From IMG/VR virus record IMGVR_UViG_3300005670_000019: a DNA stretch of 64,000 nucleotides, one strand, 5' to 3'. The notes below the pieces were generated by a model. That model had not been told where the DNA came from. It ran no database searches and saw nothing but the letters and a program-made list of their open reading frames with translations. The position numbers and the translations under genes were made by a program. This DNA is from a virus (Duplodnaviria > Caudoviricetes). Of the stretch, positions 35,634 through 45,927 are shown piece after piece. The stretch's first letter is position 1; the number at the start of each line of letters is the position of its first letter.

Positions 35634-35730
35634 GAAATTGTTCATAGGGAAAGACATTCAAGCCGAAATAACCTATAATAGAAGAACGTTGGATTGTTCC
35701 AACCCCTTACAAATAGAAAGATAAAATATA

Positions 35731-36573
35731 ATGACTGGATATAACCTTGATGCAATTCGTGACAAACTGAAACAAATGACAAAGACTGGTTCAAGTGAGA
35801 AATCTGAACTTCCAAAGTTCAAATATTTCAAGCCTGAACTTGGAAACGTTGATATCCGTTTCCTTCCTTACAAGGATGAGAAAGGACAACCTTTCCAAGA
35901 GGTAGTTTACTACCAAAACAAGAAGCTTACTGAGCAAAGAGTTGTTGCTCCTGCACAATATGGATTGGAAGATCCAATTGCTTCATTAGAACAGGAGATG
36001 CGTTCTGATCGTTCTAATGAGTCGTGGGAAATCCGTAAGTGTCTCAATCCTACATCACGCTTTTACGCTCCTGTGATTGTTCGTGGTCGTGAGGACGAAG
36101 GCATTATGCTTTGGGAGATTTCTTCGAAGCTTGTGCAAGACATTTACGCAACCCTTTGTCATGAGGATTACGCAACTGAAAACTTGATGGATCCATATTC
36201 GGGATATGATTGGACTGTGTCTGCTGTTGACAGTGGAAAGAAGTTCAACGGATTCGCTGTGAAAGAAATCAAACTTCAACCGCGTCGAAAGGCATCACCA
36301 CTCTTCGTGAATGGCAAGAATGCTGATAAGGCAAGGATTGAAAAGACCTTGGAAGAAATTCCAAATCTTGGCGAACATTTCCGTAAGCTTGTTCCGGGAA
36401 CTGAAAAGTTGAAGACAATCATCGAAAACTTCCTCAATGGTCCAAAGGACAGTGAGGTTGATTCTGAGGTTTCTGCTGGTGGTGTGGAGCATGGTACTTC
36501 TGGAGACGGAAAGACCGCTGCAACCAAGAGCAAAATTGATAGCGCCTTTGATGATCTAGAAAACGTGTTCTGA
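35731..36573 (+). CDS. gp32-like single-stranded DNA-binding protein
   Basis: IRFLP, DPI, V.VRG.E..G...W, acidic tail SAFDDLENVF; located upstream of recA. Confidence 0.8.
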   Translation: MTGYNLDAIRDKLKQMTKTGSSEKSELPKFKYFKPELGNVDIRFLPYKDEKGQPFQEVVYYQNKKLTEQRVVAPAQYGLEDPIASLEQEMRSDRSNESWEIRKCLNPTSRFYAPVIVRGREDEGIMLWEISSKLVQDIYATLCHEDYATENLMDPYSGYDWTVSAVDSGKKFNGFAVKEIKLQPRRKASPLFVNGKNADKARIEKTLEEIPNLGEHFRKLVPGTEKLKTIIENFLNGPKDSEVDSEVSAGGVEHGTSGDGKTAATKSKIDSAFDDLENVF

Positions 36574-36594
36574 TCTTCTTGTTGTTCTTTGATG

Positions 36595-36624
36595 GAAAAG
36601 CCTCCGCTGAGTCGGGGGCTTTTT
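36595..36624 (+). terminator. Intrinsic terminator
   Basis: gaaaagcctccg...cgggggcttttt. Confidence 0.7.
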
Positions 36625-36673
36625 CTTTGTCAATCTTTCTTTTTCAACAAATCAAGAAAGTTCAAGCTTTCAG

Positions 36674-36702
36674 TTGAAAGCAACAAAGCCTATTGTTATG
36701 AT
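36674..36702 (+). promoter_or_regulatory. Sigma70-type promoter for recA
   Basis: TTGAAA-17 bp (ending tgt)-TATGAT. Confidence 0.75.
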
Positions 36703-36728
36703 GATTGTACCCAAAAGGAATAACATAC

Positions 36729-37949
36729 ATGGTAAAAAAGAAAGAAGAAACAACCTCTACATCTATCGCATCAAACAACATTGACGACTTCACAAACGAG
36801 CTTATCAAAGAGATCAACAAGAAGCATCAAGATAAAATTGCCTTCAATCTTGGTTCGGATGCAGCTCCAACAAACATCAATCGTTGGATCTCAACAGGAT
36901 CAAGAATGCTTGACGCTGTTGTTTCAAACACTTCAAAAGGTGGATTGCCAGAAGGAAGAATTGTTGAAATCCAAGGACCACCGTCGATTGGAAAATCGCA
37001 CATTGGATTTGAGCTTGCAAAGAGTACACAACGCCATGGCGGCATTGTTGTCTACATTGACACAGAGAATGCAACGTCGCTTGATAACCTTCGAGGTCTA
37101 GGCATCAAGGTTAATTCACAATTCGTTTTCGTCCAAACAGCTTGCACAGAAGAAATCTTCGAGGTTGCTGAACAGGCAATCATGAAAGCTCGTCAGCTAA
37201 AGAAAGACGTTCCTGTTACAATCATTTGGGATAGCGTTGCTGCTTCTTCACCAAAGGCTGAACTTGAAGGAGATTATGATCAAAACTCAATCGGTCTTCA
37301 AGCTCGTGTTCTTGGAAAAGGTCTTCGTAAGATCACGCAGTTGATTGCGAACCAAAAAGTTCTCTTCGTGCTCTTCAACCAGCAACGTCAGAAGATCGGT
37401 GTTATGTATGGAGATCCAACAACAACGCCAGGCGGAGCCGCAATTCCATATGCATGTTCAACGCGTATTCGTCTCTATGGTGGTTCTCATATTCAAGATG
37501 ATAAGACCAAAGAGGTTATTGGAATTGCTGTAAAGGCAAAGACAATCAAAAACAAAGTTGCTCGCCCTTTCCGCGAAGCAGAGTTCGAAATTCACTTTGG
37601 TGTTGGCGTTCGTGAAGACCAACAAGCTTTCGATGCACTTCGCCGTTGGTGTGATGCAAACGGTCCAGTTGAAATGCCGAATGGAGAAAAAGTCTCTGTT
37701 GCAGGAACGGGAGCGTGGAAGACCTTTATTGTCACAGATGCCAAAGGCAATACTGTTGTTGAAGAAAAGTGGCAAGGTAAAGCCGATTTCGGAAGCCGCG
37801 TTTACTACAATCCTCAATATGAGAAGTATGTCACGGCTCTTCTGGATGCATCCTTTATTGTATCTGCTGAAAATGACAGAGAGCACCCAACATATGTTGA
37901 TGTTGACACTGAAAGTTATGAAGACTTTCGTTCACTTGCCTCAAGTTGA
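36729..37949 (+). CDS. recA: RecA/UvsX recombinase
   Basis: ISTGS..LD, GGLPEGRIVEI, GPPSIGKS, YIDTE, DSVAA, GLQAR, PTTTPGG, KNKVA.PF. Confidence 0.95.
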   Translation: MVKKKEETTSTSIASNNIDDFTNELIKEINKKHQDKIAFNLGSDAAPTNINRWISTGSRMLDAVVSNTSKGGLPEGRIVEIQGPPSIGKSHIGFELAKSTQRHGGIVVYIDTENATSLDNLRGLGIKVNSQFVFVQTACTEEIFEVAEQAIMKARQLKKDVPVTIIWDSVAASSPKAELEGDYDQNSIGLQARVLGKGLRKITQLIANQKVLFVLFNQQRQKIGVMYGDPTTTPGGAAIPYACSTRIRLYGGSHIQDDKTKEVIGIAVKAKTIKNKVARPFREAEFEIHFGVGVREDQQAFDALRRWCDANGPVEMPNGEKVSVAGTGAWKTFIVTDAKGNTVVEEKWQGKADFGSRVYYNPQYEKYVTALLDASFIVSAENDREHPTYVDVDTESYEDFRSLASS

Positions 37950-38473
37950 AGTTGATTATGATGACCGGATCGGTGCGGAGTATTCTGGCAGTTCAAAGTT
38001 TCTCTGTCGAAGAACTTGAACCTTACATAACTGACGTTGAAGGCGAAGTTTCACTAAGTAACCTAAATCAAAAAATCTTTGATACTGGTATAGACATTCA
38101 CCGAAAATATGGTCGAAGATCCGGAGACATCTGTTTGATTTCTCCAGATTTGGAGCTTTTTTTCTTAGAGGAAAATTCTCTTTTCAATGAAGCTCTTGGT
38201 GAGGCAAAACTTTTGGAGTTGAAAAAAATTGGAGTCAATCCTGAAAACTCTAAAGTCCTTGGCATTCTTAATTCAAGATTTGTTGTGCATGTTTGTTTTG
38301 ACTTGCAGCCTAACACTGTAATTGTTGGAAATAAAGGTGAAGGTTTAGAAACAAAATACATCATATATGATGGCAGTCAAGACCTTCCAATTTTAGATAT
38401 CAAAATATCTAATGAAAAACAATTTGCAAAAGGATTCTGTAGTAATCCACATCGCATAAAGGTAAAACGATGA
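37946..38473 (+). CDS. Degenerate fragment resembling the C-terminal part of a gp23-type major capsid protein
   Basis: IHRKYGRRSGDICLISP...LGILNSRFVVHV...NTVIVGNKG. Confidence 0.55.
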   Translation: MKLIMMTGSVRSILAVQSFSVEELEPYITDVEGEVSLSNLNQKIFDTGIDIHRKYGRRSGDICLISPDLELFFLEENSLFNEALGEAKLLELKKIGVNPENSKVLGILNSRFVVHVCFDLQPNTVIVGNKGEGLETKYIIYDGSQDLPILDIKISNEKQFAKGFCSNPHRIKVKR

Positions 38474-39012
38474 AGTATCGAGAAGACTATAAAACAAATG
38501 ACAAAGCATGGTATGAACCCGTTCCAAATCTAACATCAAACGTTGAACTTGAAGTGAAGTTTTTCAAGTGTCATCCAGAAGCAAAGCTTCCTGAGAGAGC
38601 AAATGAGGATGATGCAGGGTGGGATCTTTTTTCAACCGAAGAAGTTGTTTGGCGTCACGACGCCCGACCACAAACTGCTCCAACCGGCTTGAAAATGGTG
38701 ATCCCGTCAGGATGGGAAGCTCAAGTAAGACCTAGATCAGGAATGTCTTTGAAAGGTTTGACTGTTTGCAACAGCCCTGGAACTATTGATGCTGGATACC
38801 GTGGCGAAATCAAGGTTATTGTTGCCCCAACAAATGTCAACACCAATGCATCAAACAGTTTTCCAATCATCATTCCAAAGGGCACCAAAATTGCCCAGCT
38901 TGTTTTCAAGAGAGTTCCACAAACTTCTATCAAAGAAATAAGTGAAGAAGAGTTTGAAAAACTCTCAAACACCACTCGTGGTGAAGGCGGATTTGGAAGT
39001 ACAGGACAATGA
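38470..39012 (+). CDS. dut: Trimeric dUTPase
   Basis: AGWDL, RPRSG, GTIDAGYRGEI, IAQLV, RGEGGFGSTG. Confidence 0.95.
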   Translation: MKYREDYKTNDKAWYEPVPNLTSNVELEVKFFKCHPEAKLPERANEDDAGWDLFSTEEVVWRHDARPQTAPTGLKMVIPSGWEAQVRPRSGMSLKGLTVCNSPGTIDAGYRGEIKVIVAPTNVNTNASNSFPIIIPKGTKIAQLVFKRVPQTSIKEISEEEFEKLSNTTRGEGGFGSTGQ

Positions 39013-39443
39013 GCAAAAACCTTGCAGAAAAGGTTCTTGAAGAACTAACCCCAGGAACCATGTTTCGGGGGTTTTTTCTTGTCGGATTTGATCCAAATGA
39101 TGGGCGGAAATGGTATTTCAATCTCGATGACAAAGAGCAAAACACGAGGGAAGAGAATTCGTCTGTTTACTATCCAACCTCAATAAGATACTTCAAATCA
39201 ACAATTGAAAAGGTAAATGTCTATTCGTTATCATTTGTTGATGGAACTGAACTTGGGTTGATACTTGATGTTCAGAACATAGCAAACCTAGAAGAAGGAC
39301 CAGTGACTACTTGGTATGGCTCCAAAATTCAAACAAAATCACAAAAGATTTTTGCTGTCGAATGTTTCCTAATTGAAAATTCGCATATTGGAACTTTCTT
39401 GATTTTGGTTGATGAAACAAAGAAAAGTGTGTATGTGATATGA
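39009..39443 (+). CDS. Hypothetical protein
   Basis: 144 aa; LTPGTMF. Confidence 0.7.
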   Translation: MSKNLAEKVLEELTPGTMFRGFFLVGFDPNDGRKWYFNLDDKEQNTREENSSVYYPTSIRYFKSTIEKVNVYSLSFVDGTELGLILDVQNIANLEEGPVTTWYGSKIQTKSQKIFAVECFLIENSHIGTFLILVDETKKSVYVI

Positions 39444-40435
39444 ACAATAACGACCAAAGACCAATTGTTGTAATTGATGGAATGAATCTTTTCATTCGAT
39501 ACTTTGCTGTAAATGAAACAATGAGCGCCGAAGGCAACTGCGTTGGTGGCACAATTGGTTTCATCAAAGCTGTGAATGGGATAATTGAAACGTGGAACCC
39601 TTCAAAAGTTTTCATTGCCTGGGAAAAGGGCGGAGGCTCTGAAAGACGGAAGAGAATATTCCCCGAATACAAAGCAAATCGTGCCAAGTCAAAGGTTTTT
39701 GACGAACTCTCACCAGCCCGCTCAGGTCGTCTTCATATGGATGACACCGAGAACAGACAATATCAGCAACTTCTTTTGATCAATCTCTTGAAGAAAACAC
39801 CAATACGACAACTGTACCTCCGCGAGATCGAGGCGGATGACATTATCTCTTTTGTCGTTTCTTCCAAATTCAAAAACTCAAAGGCAAAAAAAGTCATCGT
39901 ATCAAGTGACAAAGATTACTACCAGTTGTTGGATGATGAAAATGTTGTTGTTTATGATCCAGCAACAAGGAGCATCGTGACAAAAAAAGAAGTCAAAGAA
40001 AAGTTTGGAATAGAGGCTCGAAACTTTTGTGTTGCTCGCGCTTTTGTGGGAGATAGTTCCGACAACATTCCCGGTGTTGATGGTGTTGGTATGAAAACTA
40101 TTTCAAAAAGATTTCCTTGTTTGGCTGAAGATAGAGATGTCTATATCCAAGAAGTTCTTGACCTTGCAAAAAAAGAAATGGACAGTGGTTCAAAGATAAA
40201 GGTGCATGGGCTAATCTTAGAGGCTAAGGAAGACGTCTTGAGGAACTGGGAGTTGATGTACCTTCGGGACCTGAATATCTCAGCAACTCAATGTCAAAAA
40301 CTTGAATGGCAAATCGATAATGAAGAAAGAGTATCAGATAAATTTTCCTTCATAAAGGAGCTGATTGCATCAAAAATACCCGTAAATTTTGATGTAGACC
40401 GATTGTTCAGAAATCTGAACAATGTAAATTTGTGA
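39440..40435 (+). CDS. 5'-3' exonuclease / RNase H (FEN family)
   Basis: IDGMN, YKANR, EADD, SSDKD, GDSSDNIPGVDGVG.KT. Confidence 0.92.
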   Translation: MNNNDQRPIVVIDGMNLFIRYFAVNETMSAEGNCVGGTIGFIKAVNGIIETWNPSKVFIAWEKGGGSERRKRIFPEYKANRAKSKVFDELSPARSGRLHMDDTENRQYQQLLLINLLKKTPIRQLYLREIEADDIISFVVSSKFKNSKAKKVIVSSDKDYYQLLDDENVVVYDPATRSIVTKKEVKEKFGIEARNFCVARAFVGDSSDNIPGVDGVGMKTISKRFPCLAEDRDVYIQEVLDLAKKEMDSGSKIKVHGLILEAKEDVLRNWELMYLRDLNISATQCQKLEWQIDNEERVSDKFSFIKELIASKIPVNFDVDRLFRNLNNVNL

Positions 40436-40547
40436 CAGGAATTTTTTCACTGAGCCCTCTCTTTATTCCTACCGATGGCTGAAATCAAATCCCGTTTCGC
40501 TTGCCAGCGAGCGGCTTTCTATTCCCTTTTTGAAGGTGGAGAACCAA

Positions 40548-42017
40548 ATGAACTTAGTAGATGAACAGATGATTGAAGAAATAAACGAAGAAACCATACA
40601 GCCAGACGACGACGAAAAACAGCAGAAAAAGCATTTCTCATTTGATAGGAACTTCCAAGAGAAGATTGTTCAAGTTCTATTTCATGATAAGGCATGGGCA
40701 TCTCAAATCCAAGAAATCTTGGATCCATCCTTCTTTGAATATGCGTACCTGCAAGTCATAACACAGATTTATTTCAACTACAACAACAAATACAGAGAAT
40801 ATCCTTCAATTGAACTTCTTAGCACATTGATTGCAGAAAGTTTCAAGTTGAAGAAGATCAAGACAGATCAGTTGTTGATTGCTCAAGTTAGAGCATTTCT
40901 TCCTAAGTTAGTTGAACCAACTAATGTTGGTGACTTTGCTTTTGTAAAAGAGAAAACAACCGACTTCTGTAAAAGAGTCGTTCTTCAACAAGCTCTCGAA
41001 GTATCTGTTTCCAACATTCAAAGAGGAGACTATGACGGCGTTGCTGAAACAATTAGAAAAGCCCTTGCAAAAGGAATGACTAATACAAAGGGTTTGGATT
41101 TGTTCAACCCAGCAGACATTGATGCAAGATACAATGGAGTATTTCGTAGAACAATTCCAACTGGTCTTGATGAACTTGATGGCAGAACCATTTTGAATGG
41201 TGGTCTTGGTCAAGGTGAGATTGGATTTGTTGTTGCTATGTCAGGTGTTGGTAAGAGCCATCTTCTTACTCACTTTGGAGCTGAAGCAATGCGTCGTGGT
41301 TTCAATGTTCTTCACTACACATTTGAGTTGAATGAAGGTGCTATTGCTATTCGATATGACTCAAACTTGATTGGTGTTGATTCATCTTATTGCTTTGAAC
41401 ACAAAGAAGCAATCAAGAAGATGTATGAAGACAACAAGGACGTGTTTGGACGTTTGATTATCAAGCATTATCCAACAAACCAAGCGAATGTAAACGTTCT
41501 TCGAGGACACATTGAAAAGTTGAAGACCGACGGATTCTCGCCGGATCTCATTCTTGTGGACTATGCTGGCATCATGCGTTCAACTGAAAAGAGCGATCTT
41601 CTTCGTATTGAGTTGAAGAAGATTACGGAAGAGCTTCGAGCTTTGGCAGACGAAGTGCGTGTTCCTCTTTGGACAGCTCTTCAAGCTAACAAGGAAGCCG
41701 CAGGAAATGATATTGTTGACATGACAAACATGGCAGAGAGCTTTGCTCAAGCTGCGGCAGCAGATTTTATTCTTGGTCTTGCAAGAAAGTCAGAGCAAAA
41801 ATCGACAGGTATTGGAACGTTGTTCATTGCCAAGAACAGAGCAGGAAAAGATGGATTGAAGTTCAATATTCATCTTGACACAGCTCAATCAAGATTGCGA
41901 TTTCTGAATAGTTCAGAAACACCTACATCTGGATATACTTCAAAAGCTGGAAAAGAAGCTTGGAAGCGAATTCAAGATGGACTCGATGGTACTTCTATGA
42001 AGTTAGAAAATTTGTGA
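40548..42017 (+). CDS. Replicative DnaB-like helicase
   Basis: TG...LD, GGL..GE, SGVGKS, TFEL, VDYA, TALQAN, KNRAG; GGAG SD before ATG 40548. Confidence 0.9.
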   Translation: MNLVDEQMIEEINEETIQPDDDEKQQKKHFSFDRNFQEKIVQVLFHDKAWASQIQEILDPSFFEYAYLQVITQIYFNYNNKYREYPSIELLSTLIAESFKLKKIKTDQLLIAQVRAFLPKLVEPTNVGDFAFVKEKTTDFCKRVVLQQALEVSVSNIQRGDYDGVAETIRKALAKGMTNTKGLDLFNPADIDARYNGVFRRTIPTGLDELDGRTILNGGLGQGEIGFVVAMSGVGKSHLLTHFGAEAMRRGFNVLHYTFELNEGAIAIRYDSNLIGVDSSYCFEHKEAIKKMYEDNKDVFGRLIIKHYPTNQANVNVLRGHIEKLKTDGFSPDLILVDYAGIMRSTEKSDLLRIELKKITEELRALADEVRVPLWTALQANKEAAGNDIVDMTNMAESFAQAAAADFILGLARKSEQKSTGIGTLFIAKNRAGKDGLKFNIHLDTAQSRLRFLNSSETPTSGYTSKAGKEAWKRIQDGLDGTSMKLENL

Positions 42018-42028
42018 GTTGAGAAGAG

Positions 42029-44524
42029 ATGGAATACAAAGAAGCGTTTGATTTAGCAAAACAATATTTCAAGGGAGATGACCTTGCGGCAACTGTTTTC
42101 CTTGGAAAGTATGCCTTGAAATCACCAAAAGGTGATATTGAAGAGCCAACACCAGAATACATGCATCGACGTCTTGCAAAAGAATTTGCAAGAATTGAAG
42201 CAAAATATCCGAATCCAATGAGTGAAGAGGAAATCTTTGGTTTGTTCAAAGACTTCAAGTATGTTGTTCCGCAAGGCTCACCGATGGCAGGTATTGGAAA
42301 TCCATATCAGGTAATGAGCCTTTCAAACTGCTTCGTTATTGAAAGTCCATATGATAGCTACGGAGGCATCCTCAAAACCGACCAAGAAGAAGCTCAGTTG
42401 ATGAAACGACGTGGTGGTGTGGGATTTGATATTTCCACCATTCGCCCAAAGGGAATTCACACAAACAATGCTGCTAAGACAACAGATGGTATTGGCGTTT
42501 TCATGGAACGCTTCTCAAACACTTGTCGTGAAGTTGCTCAAGGAGGAAGACGTGGTGCTTTGATGCTTTCAATTTCAGTACATCATCCTGAGATTGAAAC
42601 TTTCATCAACATCAAAAGAAGTTTAGATAAAGTCACCGGAGCAAATATCTCTGTTCGTGTTTCTGATGAGTTTATGAATGCTATAAAGGCAAACGAAGAA
42701 TATGAAGTTCGTTTCCCTGTTGATGCAGGGCTTGATGATTCCAAATATTTGGTTCGACAGAAAATCAAAGCGGCTGACATTTGGAATCAACTTATCGAAG
42801 GTGCTCATGCATCAGCAGAACCAGGCGTTCTTTTTTGGGACACAATCAAAAAGCGTTCACCGGCAGACGCCTATACAGAGTTTCAGACAACATCAACAAA
42901 CCCATGCGGCGAGATCGTTTTGTCGCCATATGATAGCTGCCGTCTTTTGCTTTTGAACGTTCTTTCCTTTATTGAAAATCCATTTGAAGACAATGCGCAC
43001 TTCAACCGTGAACTCTTTCTTGAGGTCGCCAAAAAAGCACAAAGACTAATGGATGACATGGTTGATTTGGAGATTGAAGCAATCGATCAAATTCTTGAGA
43101 AGATCAAGAATGATCCTGAGCCAGAGGATGTAAAGAAGATTGAAATTGACCTTTGGAGCAAAATTCGTCAAGCTTGTGTTCGAGGACGCCGAACAGGACT
43201 TGGAGTGACAGCAATTGGTGATGCGCTAGCTGCACTCAATGTCAGATACGGTTCTGAGGAGTCAGTTGATTGGGTCGAAGTGTTCTACAAAACACTTGCT
43301 CTTGGTGCTTATACTTCAACGGTTGAAATGGCAGAAGAGCGCGGAGCCTTCGAAGCATTTGACTATGAACTTGAAAAAAACCATGAATTCTTGAAACAAG
43401 TTTTCTATGATGAAATGATGCCAAAAGACATACTGGTAAAGTGGGCTAAATTTGGCAGAAGAAATATTGCTCTTACGACAACAGCACCAGCAGGTTCCGT
43501 TTCTGTTTTGACACAAACAACTTCTGGTATCGAACCAGCTTTCGAAGTTGTCTATACACGTCGAAGAAAGATCAATCCGGAAGATGCCGTTTCAAGAGTT
43601 GATTTTGTTGATGCTCTTGGAGATAAATGGCAAGAATACAAGGTTTACCATCACCAATTCAAAAAGTGGATGGAAGTAACGGGATGGGAAAACGTTGAAG
43701 ATAGCCCATATTGGAAGGCTAGAGCAAATGACGTCGATTGGGAAGCCTCAGTTGACCTCCAGGCAGCCGCACAAAAATGGGTCTGTCACGCCATCAGCAA
43801 AACATGCAACCTGCCCTCAGACGTCTCTGTGGATTTGGTAAAACAGGTCTACGAGCGTGCATGGGCGACTGGATGTAAGGGTTTCACGATTTATCGTGAT
43901 GGTTCTAGGTCTGGTGTTCTTGTCACAGAAACAAAATCAGATGAAAAGAAAACTTCATCATTTGATGAGCATCATGCACCAAAACGTCCAGCAGAGCTTT
44001 CTTGTAAGGTTATGCACACTACAGTAAAGGGTGAAAAATGGACATTCTTTGTTGGAGTTTTGGATGATAAGCCATATGAGATTATGGGTGGTCTTTCAAA
44101 ACTAATTTCTATTCCAAAAAGAGTAAAAGAAGGAAAGATTGTAAAACACAACGGACCTTCAAATCCTGTTGCAAGATATGATTTTCATTATGACTTTGAA
44201 AAAGGTCCAGAAGAAGAAACCATAATTCGTGATATCAACAAAGTTTTTGAAAATGCAACGGAAGCTGCATTTACAAGAACCCTATCACTTGCAATGCGCC
44301 ACGGAACTCCTGTACAATATGTTGTGGAGCAGCTTCTCAAGGGTTCTGAGAAAGACGATGATCTTTTCTCGTTCTCAAGAGCTGTTTCAAGAGTATTGAA
44401 GTCTTTCATTGCAGATGGAACAAAAGCTTCCGAAAAGAAGTGTTCCGTTTGTTCATCAACTGATTTGATTTATCAAGAAGGTTGTGTGACCTGTAAGGCT
44501 TGTGGAAACAGTAAGTGTGGATGA
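42029..44524 (+). CDS. nrdJ: Class II (B12-dependent) ribonucleotide reductase
   Basis: SNCF, RRGA, EPG, TNPCGE, RRTGLG, APAGS, ISKTCN, YRDGSR, C-terminal CxxC/EGC..C..CG..KC; no beta subunit nearby. Confidence 0.9.
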   Translation: MEYKEAFDLAKQYFKGDDLAATVFLGKYALKSPKGDIEEPTPEYMHRRLAKEFARIEAKYPNPMSEEEIFGLFKDFKYVVPQGSPMAGIGNPYQVMSLSNCFVIESPYDSYGGILKTDQEEAQLMKRRGGVGFDISTIRPKGIHTNNAAKTTDGIGVFMERFSNTCREVAQGGRRGALMLSISVHHPEIETFINIKRSLDKVTGANISVRVSDEFMNAIKANEEYEVRFPVDAGLDDSKYLVRQKIKAADIWNQLIEGAHASAEPGVLFWDTIKKRSPADAYTEFQTTSTNPCGEIVLSPYDSCRLLLLNVLSFIENPFEDNAHFNRELFLEVAKKAQRLMDDMVDLEIEAIDQILEKIKNDPEPEDVKKIEIDLWSKIRQACVRGRRTGLGVTAIGDALAALNVRYGSEESVDWVEVFYKTLALGAYTSTVEMAEERGAFEAFDYELEKNHEFLKQVFYDEMMPKDILVKWAKFGRRNIALTTTAPAGSVSVLTQTTSGIEPAFEVVYTRRRKINPEDAVSRVDFVDALGDKWQEYKVYHHQFKKWMEVTGWENVEDSPYWKARANDVDWEASVDLQAAAQKWVCHAISKTCNLPSDVSVDLVKQVYERAWATGCKGFTIYRDGSRSGVLVTETKSDEKKTSSFDEHHAPKRPAELSCKVMHTTVKGEKWTFFVGVLDDKPYEIMGGLSKLISIPKRVKEGKIVKHNGPSNPVARYDFHYDFEKGPEEETIIRDINKVFENATEAAFTRTLSLAMRHGTPVQYVVEQLLKGSEKDDDLFSFSRAVSRVLKSFIADGTKASEKKCSVCSSTDLIYQEGCVTCKACGNSKCG

Positions 44525-44547
44525 TGAAACAGGAAAGTAAACAATAA

Positions 44548-44766
44548 ATGTCAAAAGAAAAAGTGTATCCGCCTCCGGGCTACAAGGTTCTAACATTTCG
44601 AATAGAATTTAGGGACCCTAATCGCACTCCCACAAATGAAGAAGTTGATATAGCGATGAAAGCCATTTTGGAAGAAATGGAAAAAAATCATGATTGTAAA
44701 GTTGTTACTCCTGAAATAAAAAAAGAATGGAAAGAAAGGCAAGAGGAGTGGTATGGGAAAAAATAA
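44548..44766 (+). CDS. Stand-alone ferredoxin-fold anticodon-binding (FDX-ACB, PheT C-terminal) domain protein
   Basis: GYKVLTFRIEFRDPNRTPTNEEVDIAMKAILEEMEK resembles the PheT pattern GKKSLAFRLxFRxxDRTLTDEEV. Confidence 0.7.
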   Translation: MSKEKVYPPPGYKVLTFRIEFRDPNRTPTNEEVDIAMKAILEEMEKNHDCKVVTPEIKKEWKERQEEWYGKK

Positions 44767-45016
44767 ATGGATCATTGGAGAAACGGAAGATAAACAAAAG
44801 CTCGTTTGTAATAAAGATGAGCAAGGAAATCTTCAATTCACTTTCAATGGTGGTTGGACACTTCCCAAAGTCAAAATCGACAAAGAAGAATTCACTTCAC
44901 TTTTCCATGACCTTTTTTCACCTGGGGAAAGTCTCCCAGATACAAGCGAGGAAGAAGACCCTAATGTCTGGGATGGTTCGTTAGATTGGCATGAGTGGAA
45001 TGAAAGAAAAAGATGA
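44753..45016 (+). CDS. Hypothetical protein
   Basis: GAGGAG SD. Confidence 0.65.
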   Translation: MGKNKWIIGETEDKQKLVCNKDEQGNLQFTFNGGWTLPKVKIDKEEFTSLFHDLFSPGESLPDTSEEEDPNVWDGSLDWHEWNERKR

Positions 45017-45477
45017 GTACATACGTTCTAAAAACCCATCTTTATACTGGTGCCTGGAAAAACCAGTATGGAGCCGTCATTCTCTTCAAAGAAGAATCTT
45101 TTTTTGACGCATATCAATATGGGGTTGAGAAAAACAAGGGTAGTATAGAACGGTGGGAACTTAAGAGTTGGGAGTTTGATGGAGAGAACTGGAAACTCTT
45201 GAGAACAACCACAATCGACCCTTTACTTCAACCACATGAAATCAATCCTACTCGTGATAATGTTCTCGATTATTACAATATCGAGTTTTCTTTTGGAAAA
45301 CCAATTATTGGAAAAACTAGTGAAAAAGATTTCAATGAAGGATTCATTGTCTCTGTTCCTGGGTTGAGTCCGTGTCCTTGGTGTGCTGCAAATATGGATA
45401 CAGGTACATCAAGCTACAAAGCAGTTTGCGTGAAAAATCCTCTACATAAAGCTATTTGGCTTCCATGGGGAGGATGA
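45013..45477 (+). CDS. Hypothetical protein with C-terminal CxxC/C...H
   Basis: CPWC...C..NPLH. Confidence 0.7.
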   Translation: MSTYVLKTHLYTGAWKNQYGAVILFKEESFFDAYQYGVEKNKGSIERWELKSWEFDGENWKLLRTTTIDPLLQPHEINPTRDNVLDYYNIEFSFGKPIIGKTSEKDFNEGFIVSVPGLSPCPWCAANMDTGTSSYKAVCVKNPLHKAIWLPWGG

Positions 45478-45480
45478 AGT

Positions 45481-45927
45481 ATGTCTAAAATAAAAATGTT
45501 TCTAATTGCTTATGACCAACGTGAGTGGGTTGGTTCTCAAGATCAACCATTCAATGATGGTCCTTACAGTGGATTCCGTCATAGAGAAATCGAAGTCTCG
45601 AACTTTAGGCTCTATCGAACGGACAGTTTCTATCCGGACATATCTCACATTTCATACTCAGATTATGAAACTATCGAAAATGATGCAGCATATGATACTG
45701 AGGGTCCGTTTGTTGCTGTTATAAACTTGTTTACAGACGGGGGAACATTTGGACGAACGAGTGGATATGTTGAAATTCATGGTGTTTTTCATGCGTCTGA
45801 TCAAATAGCGATCGATGAGTGTGCCAAAAAGGCTCGTGAAAGAGATTACGGATACTTTGGAAATCTTGATCAAACCATCGTTGAACATTTTGACACAGCT
45901 CCATTTTTGACAGGGAGGTCAAAATGA
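45481..45927 (+). CDS. Hypothetical protein
   Basis: 148 aa; TDGGTFGRTSG. Confidence 0.7.
   Translation: MSKIKMFLIAYDQREWVGSQDQPFNDGPYSGFRHREIEVSNFRLYRTDSFYPDISHISYSDYETIENDAAYDTEGPFVAVINLFTDGGTFGRTSGYVEIHGVFHASDQIAIDECAKKARERDYGYFGNLDQTIVEHFDTAPFLTGRSK

Noticed and set aside
40470-40520. GC-rich imperfect hairpin upstream of the helicase gene
   Set aside because: Too short and imperfect to call as an ncRNA or riboswitch without covariation data
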